From: Deinococcota bacterium | GTDB taxonomy: Bacteria > Deinococcota > Deinococci > Deinococcales > Thermaceae | DNA length: 64,000 nt | Direction: 5' to 3' | NCBI GenBank assembly: GCA_041695225.1 | Contig: JBGFRI010000003.1 | Span: forward strand, 32,001 to 96,000 | Shown here: positions 56,193-64,000 of the stretch, piece after piece | Layout of the letters: every line of letters begins with the position of its first letter | Position numbering within the stretch: position 1 is the first letter of the stretch | Program-made: the position numbers and the translations under genes | Notes under the pieces: generated by a model | The model's database searches: none | What the model was told of the DNA's origin: nothing | Seen by the model: only the letters and a program-made list of their open reading frames with translations

Positions 56193-57110
56193 TCACGCCA
56201 AGAGTTCATCGATTTCTTTAAGTAAGCGGTCAAGTTTGCGGTGCTGTGAAGGTGTCAACTTGCCAACCTTTGCCGGTGCTAGCTTCCGCTTTACCCTGGT
56301 TAGGAAGGAACTAAGCTCGGCTGCAGGCTGCCGATTCAAGCCTTGTTTCAAGACCGCTATCTCGTTCTGTAGTTGCTGTCGGCTAAGGCCCTCGTCGATT
56401 GCCCGCCGGAGTAACAGTGATCGTGGCTCATCTTCCAGTCCTACCAGGAGCTTCGCCTTTGAGTATTCGATCTGACCCTCGCGCACTGCCTTAAGCACCT
56501 CACCGGGGAACTTAAGGATCGGAAGCCGGTGACTGTAGAACGAACTGACGGTAAAGCGCCCAATGGCCTCAAAGAAGCGCTCAACCTCGGCAATAGCCGC
56601 ATTGTAAACACCGGTGTTTACATCTCTTCCTTGAGCCCTATAATAGCCAACACGAACAATCTCGATTATCTCTTCCACGGGCTTCTTGAGCTTCAGACTA
56701 AGCAGTTTGAGGGTGCTGTCGGTCTCGTCGATTGGGTTCAGATCTTCTCTGTTGAGATTCTCCATCAAAGCGATTTCGAGCGCCTCTTCATCGGTAAGGT
56801 CCAGGACAATTGCAGGTACGGTGTCCAGGCCAATAAGCTTGGCTGCATGGTAGCGTCTCTCCCCCGCCACAAGCTCAAACCCCTCGGCGGCCTCACGAAC
56901 AAGTAGTGGCTGCAACACGCCTTTCGCCTTGATACTGGCTGCAAGCTTGTCAAGCATTTCCTGGTCCAGGTACCGGCGGGGTTGGCTAGGACCTGGCCGA
57001 AGCTCGGCCACGGGGATCTGGCGCACGACACTACGCTCGGTCGGCACGCGCGTTTTGCTAAGGATCGCGGTGAATAAATCGCCGCGGTTGATCTTAGGCT
57101 TGGTGGCCAT
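56193..57110 (-). CDS. parB: ParB partition protein
   Basis: QPRR, GVLQPL, AGERRY.AA and ENLNREDL motifs. Confidence 0.95.
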   Translation of the reverse strand: MATKPKINRGDLFTAILSKTRVPTERSVVRQIPVAELRPGPSQPRRYLDQEMLDKLAASIKAKGVLQPLLVREAAEGFELVAGERRYHAAKLIGLDTVPAIVLDLTDEEALEIALMENLNREDLNPIDETDSTLKLLSLKLKKPVEEIIEIVRVGYYRAQGRDVNTGVYNAAIAEVERFFEAIGRFTVSSFYSHRLPILKFPGEVLKAVREGQIEYSKAKLLVGLEDEPRSLLLRRAIDEGLSRQQLQNEIAVLKQGLNRQPAAELSSFLTRVKRKLAPAKVGKLTPSQHRKLDRLLKEIDELLA

Positions 57111-57111
57111 G

Positions 57112-57900
57112 TCAGCGGGCAACCTCTATACCCAAGACTTCAAGGAGATCGTTTGTGGCAGAGCGAATCTCTTGATCGGCAGCTTCACCGGGCTTAAACA
57201 CAGGGATGGGCAGACCGGCAAGCTGGGCATCTTTATAGGTAGCCGGGCGGTTATGTAAGGGTGATGAAACGCAGGCTATCGATCTGAGCTGCGTGCGGAT
57301 AGCCTCCAGCGACTCTTGGTCATGCCGGGTACGCTGGTCAAACTGCGTTAAAAGGAACAGACTGATCCGAAGTCTCGGGGAGAGTTCACTGAAACGATCA
57401 ACCATTGTTACGACGGTGTTGATCCCCCGCAAGCCCTTGCTATTGGTCGGAAGCGGAACAATCACGTGGTCAGCCGCAATGACGCTCAAGGTTGAAAGTT
57501 GGCCCAGGCTCGGTGGGGGATCGATCAGCACAAAGTCGTAACCCTCTAACTTCCCCACCGCGTTGCGTAACCGGACGAGGCCGTTAAGCTCGCCCACAAG
57601 CAGCACGTCCAATCGGGCAACATCGAGCTGGCTCGGAATCAGATCAAGGCCGTGAACCCGTAGCGGTCTGGGCAGCTTGAGGTCGGATCGGTTACCGCCG
57701 CTGCTGATGACCGCTGGGAAGATGGTCTGCTCCAGTGCAACATCATCCATGACCCCCAACCATTCGGTGAGGTTGGCTTGCGGGTCGGCATCGATAAGCA
57801 AGACCCGGAAGCCTTGGGCCGCGAGGGTGTACCCTACATCGCGCACGCCGCTGGTTTTACCTACCCCACCCGCATGGTTAAAGAATACTAGAGACCGCAT
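57112..57900 (-). CDS. parA: ParA partition ATPase
   Basis: NHAGGVGKT, IDADPQANL and IDPPPSLG motifs. Confidence 0.95.
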   Translation of the reverse strand: MRSLVFFNHAGGVGKTSGVRDVGYTLAAQGFRVLLIDADPQANLTEWLGVMDDVALEQTIFPAVISSGGNRSDLKLPRPLRVHGLDLIPSQLDVARLDVLLVGELNGLVRLRNAVGKLEGYDFVLIDPPPSLGQLSTLSVIAADHVIVPLPTNSKGLRGINTVVTMVDRFSELSPRLRISLFLLTQFDQRTRHDQESLEAIRTQLRSIACVSSPLHNRPATYKDAQLAGLPIPVFKPGEAADQEIRSATNDLLEVLGIEVAR

Positions 57901-58337
57901 CACCGCTATCTCCTTCCTCGGCCTTGGCCAACCAGCACTCGCGCCGAAGCGATCCACGCGCCTCACAACTTTTAACCGTGCCCCTGGCGTGCTTTAACCG
58001 CACGGTAGCACCCGCCACCTTCATTACGACCAAGCGGTTAGCAAAGACACTGCGCCCCTTTGTGTCGTCTCTAGGCGTGCAGCATAACGCACTCCAGAAT
58101 CTAGCCCCGCTCGGAGCAAAACAGTAGGTGCGATACATTACGGAAATTATCATAACATCATCTGACTAAACGTTGCGACTCTTGTTTCATCGCAGTGTCC
58201 TCCCCGCGTGCGAGTCTAAAATCTGCGGCCCAAACGTTTAGGGAGCCGGCAATCCCCCGCTCGACCAGCGTTAAATCGACTAGTGTGTGGCTAGCGGCGT
58301 ACAAATGCGTTGATTCCACGGCTACTAACGCAATTGA

Positions 58338-58702
58338 AACAAAAACCGGGGGGTGCCGACAACGCGCCTTTTTGCCTTAGGAGTTAGACATCTTCGGCTT
58401 CGCGGCTAGCTTTAGAGTCCAGCCACCGGTGTTGATGAAAATTAAAATTTAGTACAACACCATCAGTATTGTTTGTACCTTTAGGTCGGTGCGCCACGCC
58501 GACTCGCGTCTGCTACGCGAAACCCCACGTTATATTGCAACAAAAACCGGCGGCTACGGCTTCAAAAACCGTGGGTTCCTGCTACAAAAACCGGTGGCTA
58601 TTGCAACAAGAACCGGAAAGGCTACTGCAACAAGAACCGGAGCCAAAACAAAAAACGGAGGCGAAGGCTACAAAAACCGGAGGATACTGCAACAAAAACC
58701 GG
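58338..58702 (+). repeat. iteron array (replication origin)
   Basis: About 9 copies of (GC)WACAARAACCGG, clustered at 58537-58702, next to an AT-rich stretch upstream of rep. Confidence 0.85.
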
Positions 58703-58790
58703 AGGCATGGACAAGCAACATTTCTTCGTAGAGCACGCAAAATAATCACTCGACTTTTGCAGAAAGGTGTGGTATGGTTCGACGAATATC

Positions 58791-60209
58791 ATGGAGAATG
58801 TGGTATTACAGGAAGCAAAAACCGTAGCAATCCAGCCGCGGCTAATCCCAGGTGATACGGATATTCTCAAAGTTGTTCAGGCTAATGCCTTAGCAACTAG
58901 CGTCCAGGACATGACATTATTAGAGCGCCGCATCATCCTGCTTGCTCTAGCTGTCATTAATCGCTCGGACCAGGAACTTCCTTACGTGCGAATCTACACC
59001 TCGGATATAAAGCGGACTTTTGGCGTAGCATACAACTCGCTTGGTGCGGAACTCAATGAGGCAACTGGAAAATTAATGACGCGCTACGCGGTGTTCTTGC
59101 GAACCAGGCACGGGAGCTACAGTAAAATCAGCTGGGTTAATGAGGTGCATTTTACCTCCGGTCTCGATAGTGAGGACGGCATGTCCTATATCGACATTCA
59201 GCTTCACCCAGCGATAAGTCGTTATGTATTGCAACTTACTGGCCGCTTCTTCTCAGTCCCCGTAGGAGTGCTTGCCAGGTTCCGCAGTATGTACAGCCTG
59301 CGGCTCTGTGAGATCCTCATGGCCGAGTCGCGGGGGGGAAAAGTGCGCCAGGTCAACTTCGACCTGCCTGAGCTTAAGGAAATACTGGGCTGTAATACAA
59401 AGGCATATCACAACTTTAGCAACTTTAGGCAACGCGTGCTGGAGCCAAGCCAAACTGAGAACAAAGAGGCCGGGTTTCTCACCTTTGACTGGGAAACGAT
59501 TAACCGTGGACGCCAGGTGATCGGACTCAAGTTTAGTGTACAGGTGAATCATGGCGCTATGAGTATTGACGACTTCAGGGAGTTTGAGTCGCAGGATCAG
59601 GATATTCGGCGACTGGCGCTAGAAAACTCCATGCGTGAAAGCGGTTTTACGGAGAATCCACGGGCCTATACCGACCGCCTTGGCGTGGATCTGGTGGAAA
59701 GGATCTACACAGAGTGCCGCCAGGTACAGATGCAAAATAAAGGAACGAAGAGCGAAATCCGGAACTTTGGCGGTTTCCTGCACTCACAGTTGAAGCAAGC
59801 GCTTGAGAACCCACCCCCAGCAAAAGGAGCTATTGCTGATGATGGTTTCGAGCACCTCACCCCACAACAGTTGCAGGCTGTGGCTGACAGGCTTGTTCAG
59901 GCATTAGCCGCCGCACGACTCGAATACGTTATGCAGAGGTGGGCAGAACTTGGCGAAGGTGAACAGAATGCCCTCCGCGAGAGAATGATGCGCGAACTCG
60001 ATGAATGGACACTAGCAGCTTTGCGTAAAGCGGGTGGTGAGGAGGGAGTAGCTTTCCACAGCGCTATACGCCGCATCCTAGAAGCAGAGGGCCTTACGTA
60101 CCCAGCACCCTTAGCATCCATCCGAGCCTTTGTCTCAGATGATGGTCTCGCCAAATACCGGCCTGATCTGCGCCAGAAAATTCTGCGGTACGCCGAGGAA
60201 GCGGAGTAG
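58791..60209 (+). CDS. Rep_3 family plasmid replication initiator
   Basis: VVQANAL, LERRI, SWV, FRSMYSLRL.E, F..F.QRVLEP and GRQVIGLKF motifs. Confidence 0.9.
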   Translation: MENVVLQEAKTVAIQPRLIPGDTDILKVVQANALATSVQDMTLLERRIILLALAVINRSDQELPYVRIYTSDIKRTFGVAYNSLGAELNEATGKLMTRYAVFLRTRHGSYSKISWVNEVHFTSGLDSEDGMSYIDIQLHPAISRYVLQLTGRFFSVPVGVLARFRSMYSLRLCEILMAESRGGKVRQVNFDLPELKEILGCNTKAYHNFSNFRQRVLEPSQTENKEAGFLTFDWETINRGRQVIGLKFSVQVNHGAMSIDDFREFESQDQDIRRLALENSMRESGFTENPRAYTDRLGVDLVERIYTECRQVQMQNKGTKSEIRNFGGFLHSQLKQALENPPPAKGAIADDGFEHLTPQQLQAVADRLVQALAAARLEYVMQRWAELGEGEQNALRERMMRELDEWTLAALRKAGGEEGVAFHSAIRRILEAEGLTYPAPLASIRAFVSDDGLAKYRPDLRQKILRYAEEAE

Positions 60210-60289
60210 CAGGAGTCTCCGGTTTTTGTTGCAATGCAGATCGCCGCACCCAGGCCGGATGCAAAGTCTCTCATGAAGGCTGAATATAC

Positions 60290-60378
60290 CTGACCAATTT
60301 TATCGCGCAAGCCACTCCCTTCAGGAATGTGGGCTCCCCGCGCTAAAGCGCAAGGCTTTCTGGCGCAGATCCTGTAAG
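60290..60378. mobile_element. composite of two opposed IS605-type end remnants
   Basis: CTGAC+CAATTTTATCGCGCAAGCCACTCCCTTCAGG resembles the 11596 left end; the other side is the reverse complement of the 23082 mini-element. Confidence 0.6.
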
Positions 60379-60516
60379 CGCCGGGCGTCCAGGCAGCACA
60401 CCTGGTCTATCGCCGCGTAATCCTTTTTGTCGCAAAAACACTAACTGGATGCGGTTAGGAACAACCTCTCATAGAAGCTGACTATACCTAACACCGATAG
60501 GAGATAATAAGCAAAT

Positions 60517-62541
60517 ATGAAACGATACCTGCTTGCTTTGATGGTTTCTGGCGGCTTGGCTCAGGCTCAGTTCAGTGATGTACCCGCTGGCCACTGGGCC
60601 CGTGAGGCCATAACCCGGCTGGTGGCCCAGGGAGTTATCAGCGGTTTTCCAGACAATCGTTTTAAGGGCGACAACCCTCTAAGCCGGTATGAGGCTGCGC
60701 TGATGATTTATCGGGTCATCCGGGGGCTAGAAGCTGACCGCCTGAGCCCAGCCGATCTCGAAGTCCTTTCTAAGGCAATGCTGGAACTGCGCAGTGAGCT
60801 AATGCGCCTGGGTATGCAAATGGAGGGGCTAGTTACTCGTGAAGAGCTAGAAGAGGTGCAACGGAAGTTAGCTTTACTCGAGGCCAACCAACAGGGGGTA
60901 GACCTGGCTGCTCTACAAGAGCTGCGAAGCCTGCTGGAACAAACCGGCCTCACCGCTACCCAGGCCCTGGTACAAACCAACCTGGCACTAGAACGCATCC
61001 AGGCCCTTGGGGGTAAGATTGAACACCTTGAACGGGACCTGACCTTACTACGCGACCAGCAGACCGGCAGCATACAGACCTTGCAGGCCAGTTTAAGTAG
61101 CCTGCGCTCCGAACTAAGTGCCTTGCAGCAAGAGCTACAGACTCTGGCTGGCCGCCCAACCACCCCAGTTAGCGATCCAGCTTTCCAGCTGGCTCTGAAC
61201 CAGCAGGCCGAACGTCTGGCTGCATTTGAGCAGGCCCTGACCCGACTGGAGCGTGAGCAGACCGCCCGGCAGGCTGCCCTGGCTGCTCGCTTGCTGGCCC
61301 TGGAAGAAGCCCAGCGGCCCCGCTTTAGCCTGGAAGGGAGCCTGGCCTGGCGACAGGGTTTTGGCTATGCTCTGGGACGAGAAGGTCCAGACTCCAGCGC
61401 TGAGCGGGTACTGGGGCGCCTGCTGCTTTCTACCGAGCGGGGGAATAACCGCTTCGGCCTGGCGCTGTACTCGGGCGGGGGAGTGGGTTATACCGCCGTT
61501 GGTCTGGAGGCCCGGCTTGATAACCTCACGGTGAGGACAGTCTGGGGTGCAGGAGGGGAGTACGCTTACACCCTGGGTTATCGCCTGGGAGTAGGGGAGA
61601 GCTACCTGGCTCTGCGGGGCCAGCTGGCTAGCAAGAACATTCCGCCCCAGCTAGCGGTACCCCGGGTGGAAGCTGAAGTGCAGGGACAGTGGCAGGTTAA
61701 TTTTGCCACCTTCAGTAGGCTGGCGGCAGCAGTGCGAGTAGGTCGGGAGGCCGGGGGAGAGGTGAATAGCGACTACTTGCTGGCAAAAGCCAGCACCTGC
61801 GCACTGGAATCCTCACTGCTGGGGGCTGGCCTGGGAATGGATCTACCGTTTGGCTACCAGGGTTGGCTGCGCTTTAGCCAGCTCGAGGAGCGCACACCGC
61901 CAGGCTGCCCTACCCCCCTGGTGCTGGTGCGCCCGGTAATGGAGGCCCGGCTGCGTAGCGACGGTTTTCTGGTCAGCGACGTGTCTTATCGCACTGAGGG
62001 CCACCGGGGAGATGGCCTGGGTCAGACCTTTACCCGCAATGTGCTGGAAGCCGAGGTTGGTTTCCGCTTCGCCTTTGGCCGTGCCCAGATAGTGCCGGTT
62101 GTTGGCTACAGCCGGATCTGGTTCAGTGAGATACAGGGAGCGGCAGGAGTCTGGCCGCAGACCGAGCTGGACCATCCGGGTAGGGGAGACCGGACTACCT
62201 ACCGCCTGCGTCTGGGCTTCAGTGGCCGCTTTGACCCGGTGCAGCTGGAGGCGGAAGCCCTGTGGCGCAATACCACCTACCCTACTTATATCGCAAGCCA
62301 GTATGGGGGCAAGGGTGCTCTGATCTGGCGGTTAGATCCCTTACGGCTAACACTTGAAGGAGGTTTCTACGCAGGCAGTAACTTTAACCTGCTTACCTTT
62401 ACTCCCATCGACACCCCAGGTCTAAATACCAGCCTGGGCTGGCTGGGTCTGCGCCTGGGCTGGCCGCAGGGGGAGGTCAGCTACAGCACTGATACAGCAG
62501 GAGGAATCCGCTTTGGCCTGAGGTATAACTGGCAGTTCTAA
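60517..62541 (+). CDS. S-layer (SLH domain) protein, SlpA-like
   Basis: Signal peptide, FSDVPAGHWA...GFPD..F.G...SRYEAA, coiled coil, beta-barrel-like C-terminus ending in F. Confidence 0.9.
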   Translation: MKRYLLALMVSGGLAQAQFSDVPAGHWAREAITRLVAQGVISGFPDNRFKGDNPLSRYEAALMIYRVIRGLEADRLSPADLEVLSKAMLELRSELMRLGMQMEGLVTREELEEVQRKLALLEANQQGVDLAALQELRSLLEQTGLTATQALVQTNLALERIQALGGKIEHLERDLTLLRDQQTGSIQTLQASLSSLRSELSALQQELQTLAGRPTTPVSDPAFQLALNQQAERLAAFEQALTRLEREQTARQAALAARLLALEEAQRPRFSLEGSLAWRQGFGYALGREGPDSSAERVLGRLLLSTERGNNRFGLALYSGGGVGYTAVGLEARLDNLTVRTVWGAGGEYAYTLGYRLGVGESYLALRGQLASKNIPPQLAVPRVEAEVQGQWQVNFATFSRLAAAVRVGREAGGEVNSDYLLAKASTCALESSLLGAGLGMDLPFGYQGWLRFSQLEERTPPGCPTPLVLVRPVMEARLRSDGFLVSDVSYRTEGHRGDGLGQTFTRNVLEAEVGFRFAFGRAQIVPVVGYSRIWFSEIQGAAGVWPQTELDHPGRGDRTTYRLRLGFSGRFDPVQLEAEALWRNTTYPTYIASQYGGKGALIWRLDPLRLTLEGGFYAGSNFNLLTFTPIDTPGLNTSLGWLGLRLGWPQGEVSYSTDTAGGIRFGLRYNWQF

Positions 62542-62630
62542 GCCTACACAGTGCTATACTGGCTTTGCCGGGCCTTTCAGGCCGGGTGTCTCCTTCGGGG
62601 GACACCCGGGAGACTGTGAAGGAGGGCGCG

Positions 62631-62960
62631 ATGGAGAAGACCTTGGAGGAGCGGGTGGTAAAGCTGGAGCAGGCTTACGAGTTTGTAGGCAAAGAGCTGA
62701 CCGGGCTAAATAGCCGGGTGGAGGGCCTGCGCCAGGAGATGGGTGGGCTGCGCCAGGAAATCGGTGGGCTAACCAACCGGATGGATAGCCTGAACAGCCG
62801 GGTAGATGTCTTGAACAACCGGATGGATAGCCTGAACAGCCGGGTAGACAAGGTGCAGGCCAGCCTGAGCCAGCACACTCTGGCCATAGCGCTGGGGGCC
62901 ATAGGTATTGTGGTGACCATGGTGGCAGGCTTTATCAGTGTGGTAACCACATTGTCCTAA
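62631..62960 (+). CDS. heptad-repeat coiled-coil protein with C-terminal TM helix
   Basis: Tandem NRMDSLNSRVD repeats (42-bp DNA period) and a hydrophobic tail. Confidence 0.75.
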   Translation: MEKTLEERVVKLEQAYEFVGKELTGLNSRVEGLRQEMGGLRQEIGGLTNRMDSLNSRVDVLNNRMDSLNSRVDKVQASLSQHTLAIALGAIGIVVTMVAGFISVVTTLS

Positions 62961-63248
62961 CCTGCCAGGTACAGGTTGCAACGCCCCACTTCGGTGGGGC
63001 TTCTTGTTGATTTGCTGGTTGAAGGCCGTAAACCAGCTTTCCCTGGTTCAGATAGCTAGGGCCTGTTGGGTGCCCGATGTACCGCGCCCCATTTTGAGAC
63101 CGCCAATGGTTCAATGGCTCTCATGAAGGCCCGGAGCCTGGGCCAATACGGTGCTACCATTCAAGTATGGTGTCTGGCAAACTGTTGCAAACAGCTCAGC
63201 TGGCAGTCTGGGTGTTTGTAGCTCCACCGGCAAGACTGAGCTAATTGT

Positions 63249-64000
63249 ATGCAAACGATTTCGGCAACTACCCCTACCCGGCCCCCACTCCGCTACTTCG
63301 GTGGGAAGTGGCAGATTGCACCGTTCATTCTGGCCCACTTCCCACCGCATCAGAGCTATCTCGAGCCTTTCAGTGGCGGAGCCTCAATTCTGCTGCAAAA
63401 GCCTCGTGTCAAGATCGAGACCTACAACGATCTGGACTCCGGTGTGGTTAATTTCTTCCGGGTTTTGCGGGAAAGGCCGAATGAACTGGTCCGATTGCTC
63501 CAGCTAACTCCCTGGGCGCGGGAGGAGTACGAGCTTTCCAGCGAACCCACCGAGGATCCCTTAGAAGCTGCCCGGCGCTTCTTTGTCCTGTCCTGGATGG
63601 GGATCGGGATGAATGCCGTTGACGGCAAGCGCAGCTTCCGCTACATAGCCAAGGCCACTGGCATCTGGAAGGCACCGGCCATGCTTTGGGATCTGAGCCA
63701 CCTCTACCAGGTAGCCGAGCGACTAATCGGTGTACAGATCATGCACGATAACGCCTTTGACCTGATTCCCCGCTTTGATCAGCCAGATACTCTCATTTAC
63801 TGCGATCCGCCCTACCTGCGGTCTACGCGGAAGAAGAAGTCTGCCAGTTACCGTGAGGAGATGGGCGAGGACGACCACCTGCGCCTGGCCGGGATACTGA
63901 ACAGCCTCAGCGCCAGCGTGGTGCTCTCCGGCTATCCCAGCGAGCTGTACGCCGACTTGTACGAGATCCACGGCTGGCAGCGCCTCGAGACCCAGACCTT
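63249..64000 (+). CDS. Dam-like (D12 class) DNA adenine methyltransferase, runs off the window end
   Basis: Translated by hand: PLRYFGGK, YLEPFSGGAS, NDLD and YCDPPY in one frame. Confidence 0.9.
   Translation, partial: MQTISATTPTRPPLRYFGGKWQIAPFILAHFPPHQSYLEPFSGGASILLQKPRVKIETYNDLDSGVVNFFRVLRERPNELVRLLQLTPWAREEYELSSEPTEDPLEAARRFFVLSWMGIGMNAVDGKRSFRYIAKATGIWKAPAMLWDLSHLYQVAERLIGVQIMHDNAFDLIPRFDQPDTLIYCDPPYLRSTRKKKSASYREEMGEDDHLRLAGILNSLSASVVLSGYPSELYADLYEIHGWQRLETQT

Noticed and set aside
62705..62850. 21/42-bp tandem repeats as a mini CRISPR or other DNA-level element
   Set aside because: They are in-frame coiled-coil heptad repeats with no unique spacers.
1..64000. Prophage or phage-plasmid identity
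   Set aside because: No terminase, capsid, portal or tail genes are visible, while Rep_3, iterons and parAB indicate a plasmid. It cannot be excluded outside the window.

Overview
A GC-rich segment of a large plasmid, most likely from a Thermaceae host (Meiothermus/Thermus-like). The host is inferred from a double-OB-fold SSB, a DdrB homolog, an SLH/S-layer protein and many leaderless promoters. It carries a Rep_3 initiator with iterons, parAB, a second ParB-like gene and many DNA-metabolism genes (DEDDh exonuclease, UvrD, RNase H-like, HD protein, SSB, DdrB, Tmk, RecD2-like, SF2 helicase plus DUF6094 methylase, two RuvC-like proteins, Dam-like methylase). It also carries envelope genes (SLT, NlpC/P60, lipoprotein, S-layer), a GAF-GGDEF-EAL protein, an orphan HypX/HoxX, an ArdC-like protein, an AcrVA2-like protein and three TnpB-bearing IS elements. 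Main highlights: (1) a compact type I-E Cascade operon (cas6e-cas8e-cas11-cas7-cas5) with no cas3, cas1 or cas2 in the window, with three arrays sharing one leader; the third array sits between a RuvC-like gene and a RecD2-like helicase; (2) about 22 genes share a fixed promoter architecture, -10 hexamer-N7-GATAGG; (3) an ORF-poor, densely structured ~600-nt region behind a strong promoter, a candidate large ncRNA; (4) a palindromic IS605-end-derived insertion that splits a CRISPR repeat. All family calls come from motif recognition by eye; no database searches were run.
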